64,000 nt of DNA from a virus. Positions 1-7,782 of this stretch are shown here, in pieces. The notes beneath the pieces are model-generated. The model did not search any database and had not been told where the DNA came from. It saw only the letters and a program-made list of their open reading frames with translations. Numbering within the stretch: the first letter of the stretch is position 1; each line of letters begins with the position of its first letter. The position numbers were made by a program, and so were the translations under genes. The DNA lies in the IMG/VR virus record IMGVR_UViG_3300036820_000009, positions 29,726-93,725 of that record; one strand, written 5' to 3'.

Positions 1-315
1 GCGAAACATCGATTTGCTGATGTTCCAACCGAGACTTTCGCCTTTGTCGCTGACCTTGCCGCCGCTGACGGTGAACGAATGCCACAGTTTTCGCTTGGTA
101 TATTTGCCGAGAATCACGGTCAGTTCGGTGTCGAGATAATAGACATCGGATGACGTCGACGCCTTCATGATCATGCCGTCCGCCGGATCGGGACTGGCGT
201 AGTCGCCCGGCCGGATCGCCATTTTGACCTTGACGAAGGTCTTGTCGGGAATGAGCTCGCCGAAGCCCTCGTAGCCCGGCGTGTCCGCATAATCGAAGAA
301 GCCGCCGACAGACAT
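1..315 (-). CDS. Phage replication-module protein (ssDNA-binding/DUF669-like), truncated at window edge
   Basis: Own translation MSVGGFFDYADTPGYEGFGELIPDKTFVKVKMAIRPG...; SD GGAGGG at 320-325; follows the AAA_24 gene as is typical. Confidence 0.6.
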   Translation of the reverse strand, partial: MSVGGFFDYADTPGYEGFGELIPDKTFVKVKMAIRPGDYASPDPADGMIMKASTSSDVYYLDTELTVILGKYTKRKLWHSFTVSGGKVSDKGESLGWNISKSMFR

Positions 316-324
316 AGTTCCCTC

Positions 325-1188
325 CTATTGTGCCGCGGCCGCGATCGCGGCGGGCGGCGGATTGAGTTTGGCGATGATCTTGGTGAGGTTGGGTTCTTCG
401 ACCAGGTCGAGCCGGCCGTTGCCGCGATTCTTGCCCGGCAATCCCCATGGATTTTCGCCATAGCAACAGAGCGCGCGGATCTTGCCGTTGGGGAAACTGT
501 GAACCCAGCCGCCGGTCGGGCCCGACACGTAATCGAAATAGCTCATGGTGAAGATATTATCGACGATGCCGGCGAGCTCGCGTCCGATCCGCTGGCCCTC
601 CAATTGCATCTGCCATTCCACCTTGCCGAATTCGTCCTTCCATTGTTCCAGGATGCAGGTGAAGAACACGTTCACCATGGGCGCGCGCTGCAAATGCTTC
701 AGGAGGTCGAGCGTCTGCCGCGCCAATTCCCCGTAGGCACCGCGCAGATCCTCGCGACCGGTGCGTTCGCTGATGGCCGCGGGCGTGGTTTTCGCGAATT
801 CCATGCCCATGCGCGTCAGATCGGTCAGCGAATCGACGAACAAATTTCGATAGTTGGGCAGCGATGCGGCGATCTCCGGATATTGCTGCTTGACGAAGCC
901 GTAATGCGCTTCGCTGAAAAAATCCTGCTGTCGACGGCCGAGCACCGGGCCGCCCAGCAGGCAGGCGATATCGGTGACTTCGCGAAAATTTTCCGGCTTG
1001 ATTTCGGCAAACGGCACTTCCTGCACCGCCTTCAATCCCGCTTCGAGATTCACCACCAACGTCGTTTGCGGATCGAGCGTGCGAATGAGCGACGTCTTGC
1101 CGACATTGGTCGGACCGACGATCAGCGCCGTGTTCTTTTGTTGAAGCGTTATCAGCCGCTCTTCGGCGCCGATGATTTTGAGCGCCAC
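325..1188 (-). CDS. AAA_24-family ATP-binding protein (Sak4-like recombination ATPase)
   Basis: Walker A GPTNVGKT, Walker B LFVDSLT; likely GTG start at 1188 (VALKIIG), coupled to the upstream stop. Confidence 0.8.
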   Translation of the reverse strand: MALKIIGAEERLITLQQKNTALIVGPTNVGKTSLIRTLDPQTTLVVNLEAGLKAVQEVPFAEIKPENFREVTDIACLLGGPVLGRRQQDFFSEAHYGFVKQQYPEIAASLPNYRNLFVDSLTDLTRMGMEFAKTTPAAISERTGREDLRGAYGELARQTLDLLKHLQRAPMVNVFFTCILEQWKDEFGKVEWQMQLEGQRIGRELAGIVDNIFTMSYFDYVSGPTGGWVHSFPNGKIRALCCYGENPWGLPGKNRGNGRLDLVEEPNLTKIIAKLNPPPAAIAAAAQ

Positions 1189-1670
1189 TATTTTTCTCCC
1201 GGAAATTCGATGGTGTATTTGGGTTTGCCGGGTTTCACCGTGCGCGCCGGTTCGAAGGTCGCGCGGATATCGGCCGGCCACGCGGTATAGTTCCGTTCCG
1301 GCACGTCATAGGTAATGTTGATGTAGGTCTTGGGATCGCGGCCGGAATTGGCGATCATGCGCGAGATTTCGGCAAGCTTTTCCTGATCCCATTCCACTTT
1401 TTTCGGCAGATCGCAGGAAATCGTCGCGGGTCCATCGAGGATTCGGATCACGCCGAAATCCTTCTGTTCCTCGGTTCGGCGCAGCGCCGCGCGCGTTTTG
1501 AATCGTTCGTCCAGCGCGCCGAACAGACCCTCGCTATAGGTTTTATATTGCAACGCGAGCGCGCCAAGTTCGTCGCCGAGCGCTTGCAGGCTCTCGATCG
1601 ACACTTCGCGTTTTTCTTCGGGCATCATGGCGATGAATTGTTCGAGCGTGATCGTATTGCGCATCGCCAT
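1188..1670 (-). CDS. Conserved phage protein of the alphaproteobacterial phage replication module
   Basis: DLPKKVEWDQEKL...YDVPERNYTAWP...FEPARTVKPGKP motif; SD GAGGGGGG. Confidence 0.7.
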   Translation of the reverse strand: MAMRNTITLEQFIAMMPEEKREVSIESLQALGDELGALALQYKTYSEGLFGALDERFKTRAALRRTEEQKDFGVIRILDGPATISCDLPKKVEWDQEKLAEISRMIANSGRDPKTYINITYDVPERNYTAWPADIRATFEPARTVKPGKPKYTIEFPGEK

Positions 1671-1857
1671 TCCCCCCTCTATCCAAGCGACAACCGGAAC
1701 TTGATCCCAGGAAATTGATTCCGAGTGCCGGCCTTTAGCGCGCACGCCTGGACATAGCCGAGCAGTTCCGGTGTCTTTGACTGGATAATTCTGGTCTCGC
1801 AATCGGCACGGGGATCAATCCGTGTATGGTTAACATTTGCACCGAGCCGGGTTTCGG

Positions 1858-2475
1858 TCAATCGGCTTTTATGATTTTTCGATAGATATTCACAGGAAGT
1901 TCCTTGTAGCCAGCGCGCCAAACGTACCAAGCGTGATTCTCACGCGGCGACGGTTTCGGCTTGCCGTTTTCGTCGTGAGTCGGCAGTCCAAGCCAGCGGA
2001 TGCGAAATCCGATCGGCACCTTGGCGTAGAACGGCGGCGCAAACAAATGGCCGCGGCTCGTCAGCGCAGTATCGAATGCGTGCGGCAACAGGAATGCCGC
2101 CATGCCACCGGTCTGGCGGATGATCGATAACGCACGTTCGATAAAAGCGTCCGCCAAATTGAACGGCGGATTGGTGATGACATGCTGCACACGAGGCGGC
2201 AGCAACATGGATCTGACGAAATCGAGGCCCTCGCTGTTGTGATCGAGATTCTCGCGAATATCGGATGTATAGCAGACATAGCCGTAATCCTTGATCACCT
2301 TGGCCATGTCGCCCGAGCCGGCCGCCGGTTCCCAAATATTGCCCGAGGCGGCCGGTGACGGAAAATTGATGTTCTCGAACAGGATTTTCGTCACCTGCGG
2401 CGGCGTGCGGTAATTGTCGAATTCGATGCGCTCATAGCCGCGCTCGCCGATCGCCGGCGAATTTCGCGCTTTCAT
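1858..2475 (-). CDS. DNA amino (probably N6-adenine) methyltransferase
   Basis: SAM-binding IWEPAAGSG and catalytic ITNPPF. Confidence 0.85.
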   Translation of the reverse strand: MKARNSPAIGERGYERIEFDNYRTPPQVTKILFENINFPSPAASGNIWEPAAGSGDMAKVIKDYGYVCYTSDIRENLDHNSEGLDFVRSMLLPPRVQHVITNPPFNLADAFIERALSIIRQTGGMAAFLLPHAFDTALTSRGHLFAPPFYAKVPIGFRIRWLGLPTHDENGKPKPSPRENHAWYVWRAGYKELPVNIYRKIIKAD

Positions 2476-3347
2476 CTTGGCCGTCTCCCTTGAAACGCCG
2501 CGCCGTGAAGGATAAATCCGATGGTTTTGCGGCGCGCGGCTGGCGCCCAGCACAATCCGCAGGTCGCGCATGCGCGCGTCTTGCCGGTTTCAACCGGGCA
2601 CAGAATCACGTTCTTCGATCGCGGCGCCGCCGCATGGTCCAGCACGATAGCGCGTCGCGGGCCCGGCCGATCCGAGGAAAATCGAATGGCAAACCGTTCG
2701 AACCCGATAGTCTCGATCGCATGGCCAATGGTGCTGTCGCGGAAATGCGCCGTGTATCCGAAGACATGGATGTTGGGATAAAGCTGCAACCATCGTTGCC
2801 ACCGCCTGACATATTCGACCGAATAAAAATCGCCCAGCGTATGCAACCGGATCAGCGTTTTTCGGCGATTGAGAATCCTGAGCTCTTGCCCGATCTTCGC
2901 TTCGAGCGCGGGTCCGGCCTTGAACCGGATCGCGAAATTCATCGAATTGCCGTAGCACGTCAGCCATTGGGGACAGTGCCGCGGGCAAGTCGCGCGTTCT
3001 TCCAATGTGAGCGAATAGATCCGCGCGCCGGCGAGCGCACCCTTTTCGACCACATCGCCGAGTTTCCGATTGTCCTTACCCGGTTTGAAGACATCGAGAT
3101 CGGCGCGCACATCGCGCACGCGCGACTGATAGACCGCGCGGCCATCGCGCGCGGGGCCGCTTTCGGGACGCAAACCGATCACAGCTTCGGATTGCGCCGG
3201 ATAATGGAGATTGAGCCGCATCGACCGGCCCGCGACCTGGCCGATCCTCAATCCCATTTTTTCGGCGCAGACCGCGGAATTGGGCGTTACCGTCCAATGC
3301 CGCCGCAGTTCGTCGTCGCGGGCCGGCCAAGGACTATTACGACGCAC
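2472..3347 (-). CDS. Cys-rich GP88-like protein with an N-terminal GcrA-like HTH
   Basis: N-term WPARDDELRRHW...CAEKMG...QVAGRSMRLNL; TCPRHCPQWLTCYG; RLHTLGDFY; CP...CATCGLC; GTG start inferred. Confidence 0.55.
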   Translation of the reverse strand: MRRNSPWPARDDELRRHWTVTPNSAVCAEKMGLRIGQVAGRSMRLNLHYPAQSEAVIGLRPESGPARDGRAVYQSRVRDVRADLDVFKPGKDNRKLGDVVEKGALAGARIYSLTLEERATCPRHCPQWLTCYGNSMNFAIRFKAGPALEAKIGQELRILNRRKTLIRLHTLGDFYSVEYVRRWQRWLQLYPNIHVFGYTAHFRDSTIGHAIETIGFERFAIRFSSDRPGPRRAIVLDHAAAPRSKNVILCPVETGKTRACATCGLCWAPAARRKTIGFILHGAAFQGRRPR

Positions 3348-4371
3348 CTTCCGGCCAGCCAAGCGTGAGCGGGCACGTGGTCGCGGTGGCAGCGCGCTGG
3401 GCTTCGTTGAGCGTCGCATTGTCCAGCACGCGACGCCATTCGAACAAGGTCAGGTACCATTCGATCGGGCCGCCCGCCTTGCGCCGATATTGCAGGCGTA
3501 CCGGCAGAATGATCTCGGACTCGTTTTGGAAAATCGGAATCCGGATCAGGAACATCTCGGGCACTTTGATTTTGCGGCCCGCCCGATCCTTGGTTTCGTG
3601 CTCTTCCTGGAAATTCACCACGCGTTCGCCGGTATTGTCGTCATAGCCTTCGGTCGATTTGGCGTTGACGGAAATCTCGATGGTGCGCGACATCTGAAGC
3701 AATCGCTGCGCGCTGCCGAACCGGATTTTGCGCAGCTTGTACAGCGCCGATCGCGGAATCAGCCGGTCGGCATCCTCGCCCTCTTCGGTGTCGTCGTCGA
3801 TGGTGCCGATATCGTCGGCCAGGTTGAGGATCCACAGCATGCGCGTGAGCGTATCGCCCTGCACCAGCATCCAGTCGACCGGCGGATTGACCAGGTCGAA
3901 TCGGCGTTCCTGCATGAAGGCGGCAAAATCCATATTGTTCATGCCGCCTTCGGACGCATCGCTCCAAGCCTTGAGCCGGTCCGATGGCTGAAACGTGTAG
4001 ATCGCGCGATGGGCGCCGAACCGCGGCTCGCTGGTGGCTTCGTGGAAATCGAGAACCGTCATCAATCGCGCGTTCCGCCCATGGTCCGATGGCGTCAAAA
4101 ACAGCCGCGTGCCGGCCGATTTGAAATTGTTGGTATAATCGATCAGCGAATCGACGGACAGCATGAGCGCCTTGGTTTCGATGCGGCGCGGCTTGTCGCG
4201 CAATTTGTCGAGATAGGGCTTGGCGTCCTCGATCTTCATGCCTTGCGGCATGACCAGCAGCCCAAGATTGTCTTGGGCAAAATCGGTGCCGGTAACGAGT
4301 TTCGGCTGATAGCTCTCTTTGGCGAATTGCAGCGCATCGCCGACATCCGTATTCGACTTGACCGGATCCAT
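3337..4371 (-). CDS. DUF2303 (YfdQ-like) phage protein
   Basis: VLDFH...FGAHRAIY, DFAAFMQE, VPEMFLIRIPIF...RLQYR motifs. Confidence 0.75.
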   Translation of the reverse strand: MDPVKSNTDVGDALQFAKESYQPKLVTGTDFAQDNLGLLVMPQGMKIEDAKPYLDKLRDKPRRIETKALMLSVDSLIDYTNNFKSAGTRLFLTPSDHGRNARLMTVLDFHEATSEPRFGAHRAIYTFQPSDRLKAWSDASEGGMNNMDFAAFMQERRFDLVNPPVDWMLVQGDTLTRMLWILNLADDIGTIDDDTEEGEDADRLIPRSALYKLRKIRFGSAQRLLQMSRTIEISVNAKSTEGYDDNTGERVVNFQEEHETKDRAGRKIKVPEMFLIRIPIFQNESEIILPVRLQYRRKAGGPIEWYLTLFEWRRVLDNATLNEAQRAATATTCPLTLGWPEGAS

Positions 4372-4400
4372 GGACTTCTCCCCGTTTCCTCGAATTGAAA

Positions 4401-4766
4401 TCAGCCGGTGGCGCGGCCCGACGCGCGGCCGAGATCGGTGCCGGGCATCATCGTGTCGCGCGCCGGATCCTGCATGGTCAGGCGCCCTTCGTCGGTCAGG
4501 AACATGCGCTCGCGAATGACCGGCCGCGGCGGTTCCTTGATCTTGGTGTGCATCGTCACGTCGACGCCGTTTTCGTCGGCCGCCAGATCGATGACGATGG
4601 AGAATTGACCCTTATGCTTGCCGTGATAGCGCGAGACGCGCGTCGCCAGCAGCTCCATGAGATTGTTGAATTCCTGCGTCGCGATCGCGCCGTCGTCGCC
4701 ATGATTGATCGTGGCGATCAGCCGATCCGGCGTACGGATCTCCCATGCCTTATCGTTGTCGCTCAT
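4401..4766 (-). CDS. Conserved phage protein (usual DUF2303 partner)
   Basis: Ends FLTDEGRLTMQDP; SD upstream. Confidence 0.65.
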   Translation of the reverse strand: MSDNDKAWEIRTPDRLIATINHGDDGAIATQEFNNLMELLATRVSRYHGKHKGQFSIVIDLAADENGVDVTMHTKIKEPPRPVIRERMFLTDEGRLTMQDPARDTMMPGTDLGRASGRATG

Positions 4767-4787
4767 TATCGGCTCCCTTGTCGACGA

Positions 4788-5132
4788 TCAGAACAGGTCG
4801 GGCCGCAGCTCGTGCTCCGTTACGCGGTTTCCGCACGCAACCACGATTTTCGGCACCGCGTAGGCCGGCACCACGCCATCTTTGGAATGCAGCCAATGCC
4901 AGAGCGTCGCCTGCGAACATTCGATCGCATCCGCGAGTTTGTGCTGGCTGCCGACGATTTCGATTGCCTTCTTGAACGCGCGCAACACGCCCGGCAATTG
5001 GTTCTGGCGCAACGTATGAGTCGTGCGATCGACCTGGCGCCGCTTGGACGGTTTTGGCGCGATGCGAGCCTTGACGGATCGCTTGCGCGCGACGGGCGTC
5101 GCGCGCGCCTTTGTTTTTTTCAATTCCCCCAC
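4788..5132 (-). CDS. Cro/YdaS-like HTH transcriptional regulator
   Basis: AIEIVGSQHKLADAIECSQATLWHW...VTEHELRPDLF. Confidence 0.85.
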   Translation of the reverse strand: MGELKKTKARATPVARKRSVKARIAPKPSKRRQVDRTTHTLRQNQLPGVLRAFKKAIEIVGSQHKLADAIECSQATLWHWLHSKDGVVPAYAVPKIVVACGNRVTEHELRPDLF

Positions 5133-5153
5133 CCGCGATTTGATTGCGTCGCG

Positions 5154-5182
5154 ATTAGCGCAGATGCGATTCCGCTTGTCAA
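5154..5182 (-). promoter_or_regulatory. sigma70-type promoter of the Cro-like/replication operon
   Basis: TTGACA (5182-5177), 17-nt spacer, GCTAAT (5159-5154). Confidence 0.6.
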
Positions 5183-5190
5183 GAATCCGC

Positions 5191-5216
5191 TGATCGATTT
5201 CAATCGAAATCGATCA
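5191..5216. promoter_or_regulatory. Palindromic operator candidate
   Basis: TGATCGATTTC-aatc-GAAATCGATCA, perfect 11-bp arms between divergent genes. Confidence 0.55.
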
Positions 5217-5243
5217 CGTGAAAAATATGGAGGGAAATTGGGG

Positions 5244-5573
5244 ATGCCAAAAACGCAATCGCCGCAGGAAATGCAAGTTCTGATTCGAATTCGCATGTCC
5301 GAAGACGCCAACCTGCTCGATCGGATTTCGACCGATGGCGCGGTTTCCACCGCCATGAAACAAATTCTGAAAGAGATGATCGCGCAGGCGGCCGAGTTCA
5401 AATTGCCGGTGACGATCGAGCAGCGCATCGCATCGGTGCGCGCGCCACGTAAATCGAGCACCGGCACGCGCAAGAAAAAGAATATAACGGAGGATCAGGC
5501 CGACAGCGGGAAACTAGCGGCGAATGTTTCCGCCGCGCAGCCTGTCAGGAATGCGCCGCCGGTCGAAGGCTAG
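5244..5573 (+). CDS. Hypothetical protein divergent from the Cro-like gene
   Basis: MPKTQSPQEMQVLIRIRM...; GGAGGG upstream; fills the gap between minus-strand blocks. Confidence 0.55.
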   Translation: MPKTQSPQEMQVLIRIRMSEDANLLDRISTDGAVSTAMKQILKEMIAQAAEFKLPVTIEQRIASVRAPRKSSTGTRKKKNITEDQADSGKLAANVSAAQPVRNAPPVEG

Positions 5574-5576
5574 CTT

Positions 5577-5915
5577 CTAGCTGCCGAAAATCGGTTGCCG
5601 GTATTTGGCGATATCGGGCGACGCCTCGATACTGTCGAGCGGGATGCCGCGCGCCACGGCATCCTGCGCGCCATTGATATAGGCCTTCGCTTGCGGCGAT
5701 TCGCTCACCATCGTCGACGCCACTTTTTGAATGGCGCCGGCGAATACCGGATTTGCCAGCACTTCGGCGCCGCCCTCGGTGATCTTCAGCACGTCTTCCA
5801 AAATCAGGAACACGGTGGCGGCGCCGGGAAACAGGCTGGCGACGAGCGTGGCGCCTTCCAACAGGATGGATGCGCCCTTCTCGACGTCGCCGGCGATGGT
5901 GATGACGTCGGTCAT
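5577..5915 (-). CDS. Hypothetical lysis-region protein
   Basis: Coupled ORF, hydrophobic N-terminal half. Confidence 0.6.
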   Translation of the reverse strand: MTDVITIAGDVEKGASILLEGATLVASLFPGAATVFLILEDVLKITEGGAEVLANPVFAGAIQKVASTMVSESPQAKAYINGAQDAVARGIPLDSIEASPDIAKYRQPIFGS

Positions 5916-6169
5916 TGCGTGGCGGGCGCCGCGGCCGCGGGTGCCGCCGCTGGCGTGCTACTGCCGCCGACCGCCGAAATCAGATTGACCAGCGCCGAGC
6001 CGAAGGCCTGCACCGGCGCGATGACCGCCGACAGGAAGCTGGCCGTGGCGCTGGCATCGTTGGTGACCGTCGTGGTGGTGCCAGCGATGGTCGACTGTGT
6101 CGATTCCGATGTGCCGGCGCAGCCGCTCAGCGCAAGCGCCGCCGCAAACAGGATGAATCTTGTTCTCAC
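5912..6169 (-). CDS. Lipoprotein (possible spanin component)
   Basis: Signal peptide with lipobox LSG-C. Confidence 0.6.
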   Translation of the reverse strand: MRTRFILFAAALALSGCAGTSESTQSTIAGTTTTVTNDASATASFLSAVIAPVQAFGSALVNLISAVGGSSTPAAAPAAAAPATQ

Positions 6170-6378
6170 AATCCCTCCGCATCCGTGGCGATCTGCGCGC
6201 CATCGTTGAGAATTTTATTGATCAGCGCGAGATCGTCATCGCTGATCGAAAGCGGCTGACCGGCTCTCGCCGCGTCAACCAGGCCGGTGATCACCGCGGA
6301 TCCCTGCTTAAGATCGCCCGCCAGGCCGATCGCGGCGCTGCCCAGCTCGAACAGCTTGGGAATGTCGGCGAGATTCAT
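6166..6378 (-). CDS. Hypothetical lysis-region protein
   Basis: SD GGGAG, coupled ORF. Confidence 0.6.
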   Translation of the reverse strand: MNLADIPKLFELGSAAIGLAGDLKQGSAVITGLVDAARAGQPLSISDDDLALINKILNDGAQIATDAEGL

Positions 6379-6393
6379 CGATAGTTCTCCCTT

Positions 6394-6639
6394 CTATTTC
6401 GACAGATTGTTGATGGTCTGGTCTTTCACGTGATTCGATGCCGATGAACCGAAGTAATAGTTGACAATACTGCCCAGCGCGCCAACGAGCGCGCCGGCAA
6501 TCACCATGAGCGCATTGGCGTTGCCGATCGGAACGGTGACGAAGCACAGCACCAGCACCAGCGCGATCAGGCCGAGTGCCACCAGCACGGTCAGCGCGAA
6601 CGGCACGCTGATGAATCGGCTCGGTTCATCGGCTGGCAT
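6394..6639 (-). CDS. Two-TM membrane protein, holin-like
   Basis: Two hydrophobic helices ending ...IVNYYFGSS, next to the endolysin. Confidence 0.65.
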   Translation of the reverse strand: MPADEPSRFISVPFALTVLVALGLIALVLVLCFVTVPIGNANALMVIAGALVGALGSIVNYYFGSSASNHVKDQTINNLSK

Positions 6640-6684
6640 GGTTGCCCCCGGCGCAGCTACCACCAATGGAATTGTCCCCGATGT

Positions 6685-6783
6685 AAAAATGGGTCGAGCC
6701 GAGTTCCCCCTACTCGACCCAAGTTTGGGAGGAAACGCCCCTTGCGAAGCGCCGGGCGGTAGCATGTCCGAAAACCGCCCAGC
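6685..6783 (-). ncRNA. Candidate sRNA with CCUCCC anti-SD loop and intrinsic terminator
   Basis: Hairpins GCTGGGCGGT/ACCGCCCGGC and GTTT-CCTCCC-AAAC, then GGGTCGAG/CTCGACCC followed by ATTTTT; GATATAGT motif just upstream. Confidence 0.55.
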
Positions 6784-6810
6784 CGTTTCACTATATCGAA
6801 TTGGCCGCCG

Positions 6811-7287
6811 TTACGCCATCGGTTCATTGCCCGCCGCGTAGGCGATTTGCATGAGCCGCTTGGTCCAGCCGTCATCGTACCGCGCGGCATCGGGCTCGGC
6901 GGCATAGCGCTTGGCGCGCAGCATCATGAAATAGGCGAAGCGTTCGGTCGACGCTTTCAGCAACGCCGCGATCGTCACCGGCCCGATATCGCCATCGGGC
7001 TTGAGGCCAAGCGCTTCCTGCGCATAAGGCACGGCCGCGGGCTCATTGACCGCCGTGTCGAAAATGCCGAGCGCCCATGGCCATGGCAATTCATCGCAAT
7101 TGTGCTTGGCCCAATAGGTCGACCGATAGATGTCGACCGCTTGCGCCAGTGTCGGCGGCCATGGAATCTTGGGATGCGCGCGGCGCGAAATCCCATAGAC
7201 CGTTTCGCCGCCCGGATCGTTCGGATCGTTGGAAGGCGCGCCTTCGATCGCCAGGATGATCGCGACCGCGGCCGCGCATTTATCCAT
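6811..7287 (-). CDS. Endolysin, glycoside hydrolase family 108
   Basis: EGAPSNDPNDPGGETVYGIS, IYRSTYW, FDTAVN, DGDIGPVT, GWTKR. Confidence 0.88.
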   Translation of the reverse strand: MDKCAAAVAIILAIEGAPSNDPNDPGGETVYGISRRAHPKIPWPPTLAQAVDIYRSTYWAKHNCDELPWPWALGIFDTAVNEPAAVPYAQEALGLKPDGDIGPVTIAALLKASTERFAYFMMLRAKRYAAEPDAARYDDGWTKRLMQIAYAAGNEPMA

Positions 7288-7477
7288 AGCGGCGCATCAT
7301 TTCCGCGAAGGACGAGCGTGGCAGCTTCCAGGATCCGAGCCTGGACCCATCCTGCAATTCGCGTTTGACCGATTCGGCGCTGGTCAGCATTTCCTGCGCC
7401 GCGGCACGTCGCTGCGAGAGTTCGGGCGATTTGCTGCGCGGACTGCTGCGCAACATATCTAGCAGTTTGCGAATCAT
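7280..7477 (-). CDS. Small hypothetical protein
   Basis: SD AGGGAG; MIRKLLDMLR... Confidence 0.5.
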   Translation of the reverse strand: MIRKLLDMLRSSPRSKSPELSQRRAAAQEMLTSAESVKRELQDGSRLGSWKLPRSSFAEMMRRYG

Positions 7478-7490
7478 GGTCGCTCCCTGT

Positions 7491-7775
7491 CTACGTACCA
7501 TGGCGCCCCCGAAGCATGGTAGCAATTTCGATCAATAAATCCCGTTGCGACCGCATTTCTTGTGCCAACTCATTGATTGAATTCGGCACTTGAAGAATCG
7601 CTTCGGCATTGGCACGAAGCGCCGCGGCGAGATCGCTGTCCACGTCGTGGAAAGTGTCGCGCTCGGCCTTCTCCCGCAAGCGGCGCTTGACGCCGCCATA
7701 GGTAACAAACGCGGCGGCAGCCGCACCTATCCCGGCTCCGATGTCTCTAATCGTATCAATTGGAGCCGATGACAT
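7491..7775 (-). CDS. Single-TM coiled-coil protein (holin/antiholin candidate)
   Basis: N-terminal TM GAGIGAAAAAFVTYGGV followed by a helical region, upstream of the endolysin. Confidence 0.5.
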   Translation of the reverse strand: MSSAPIDTIRDIGAGIGAAAAAFVTYGGVKRRLREKAERDTFHDVDSDLAAALRANAEAILQVPNSINELAQEMRSQRDLLIEIATMLRGRHGT

Positions 7776-7782
7776 CAGGTGT

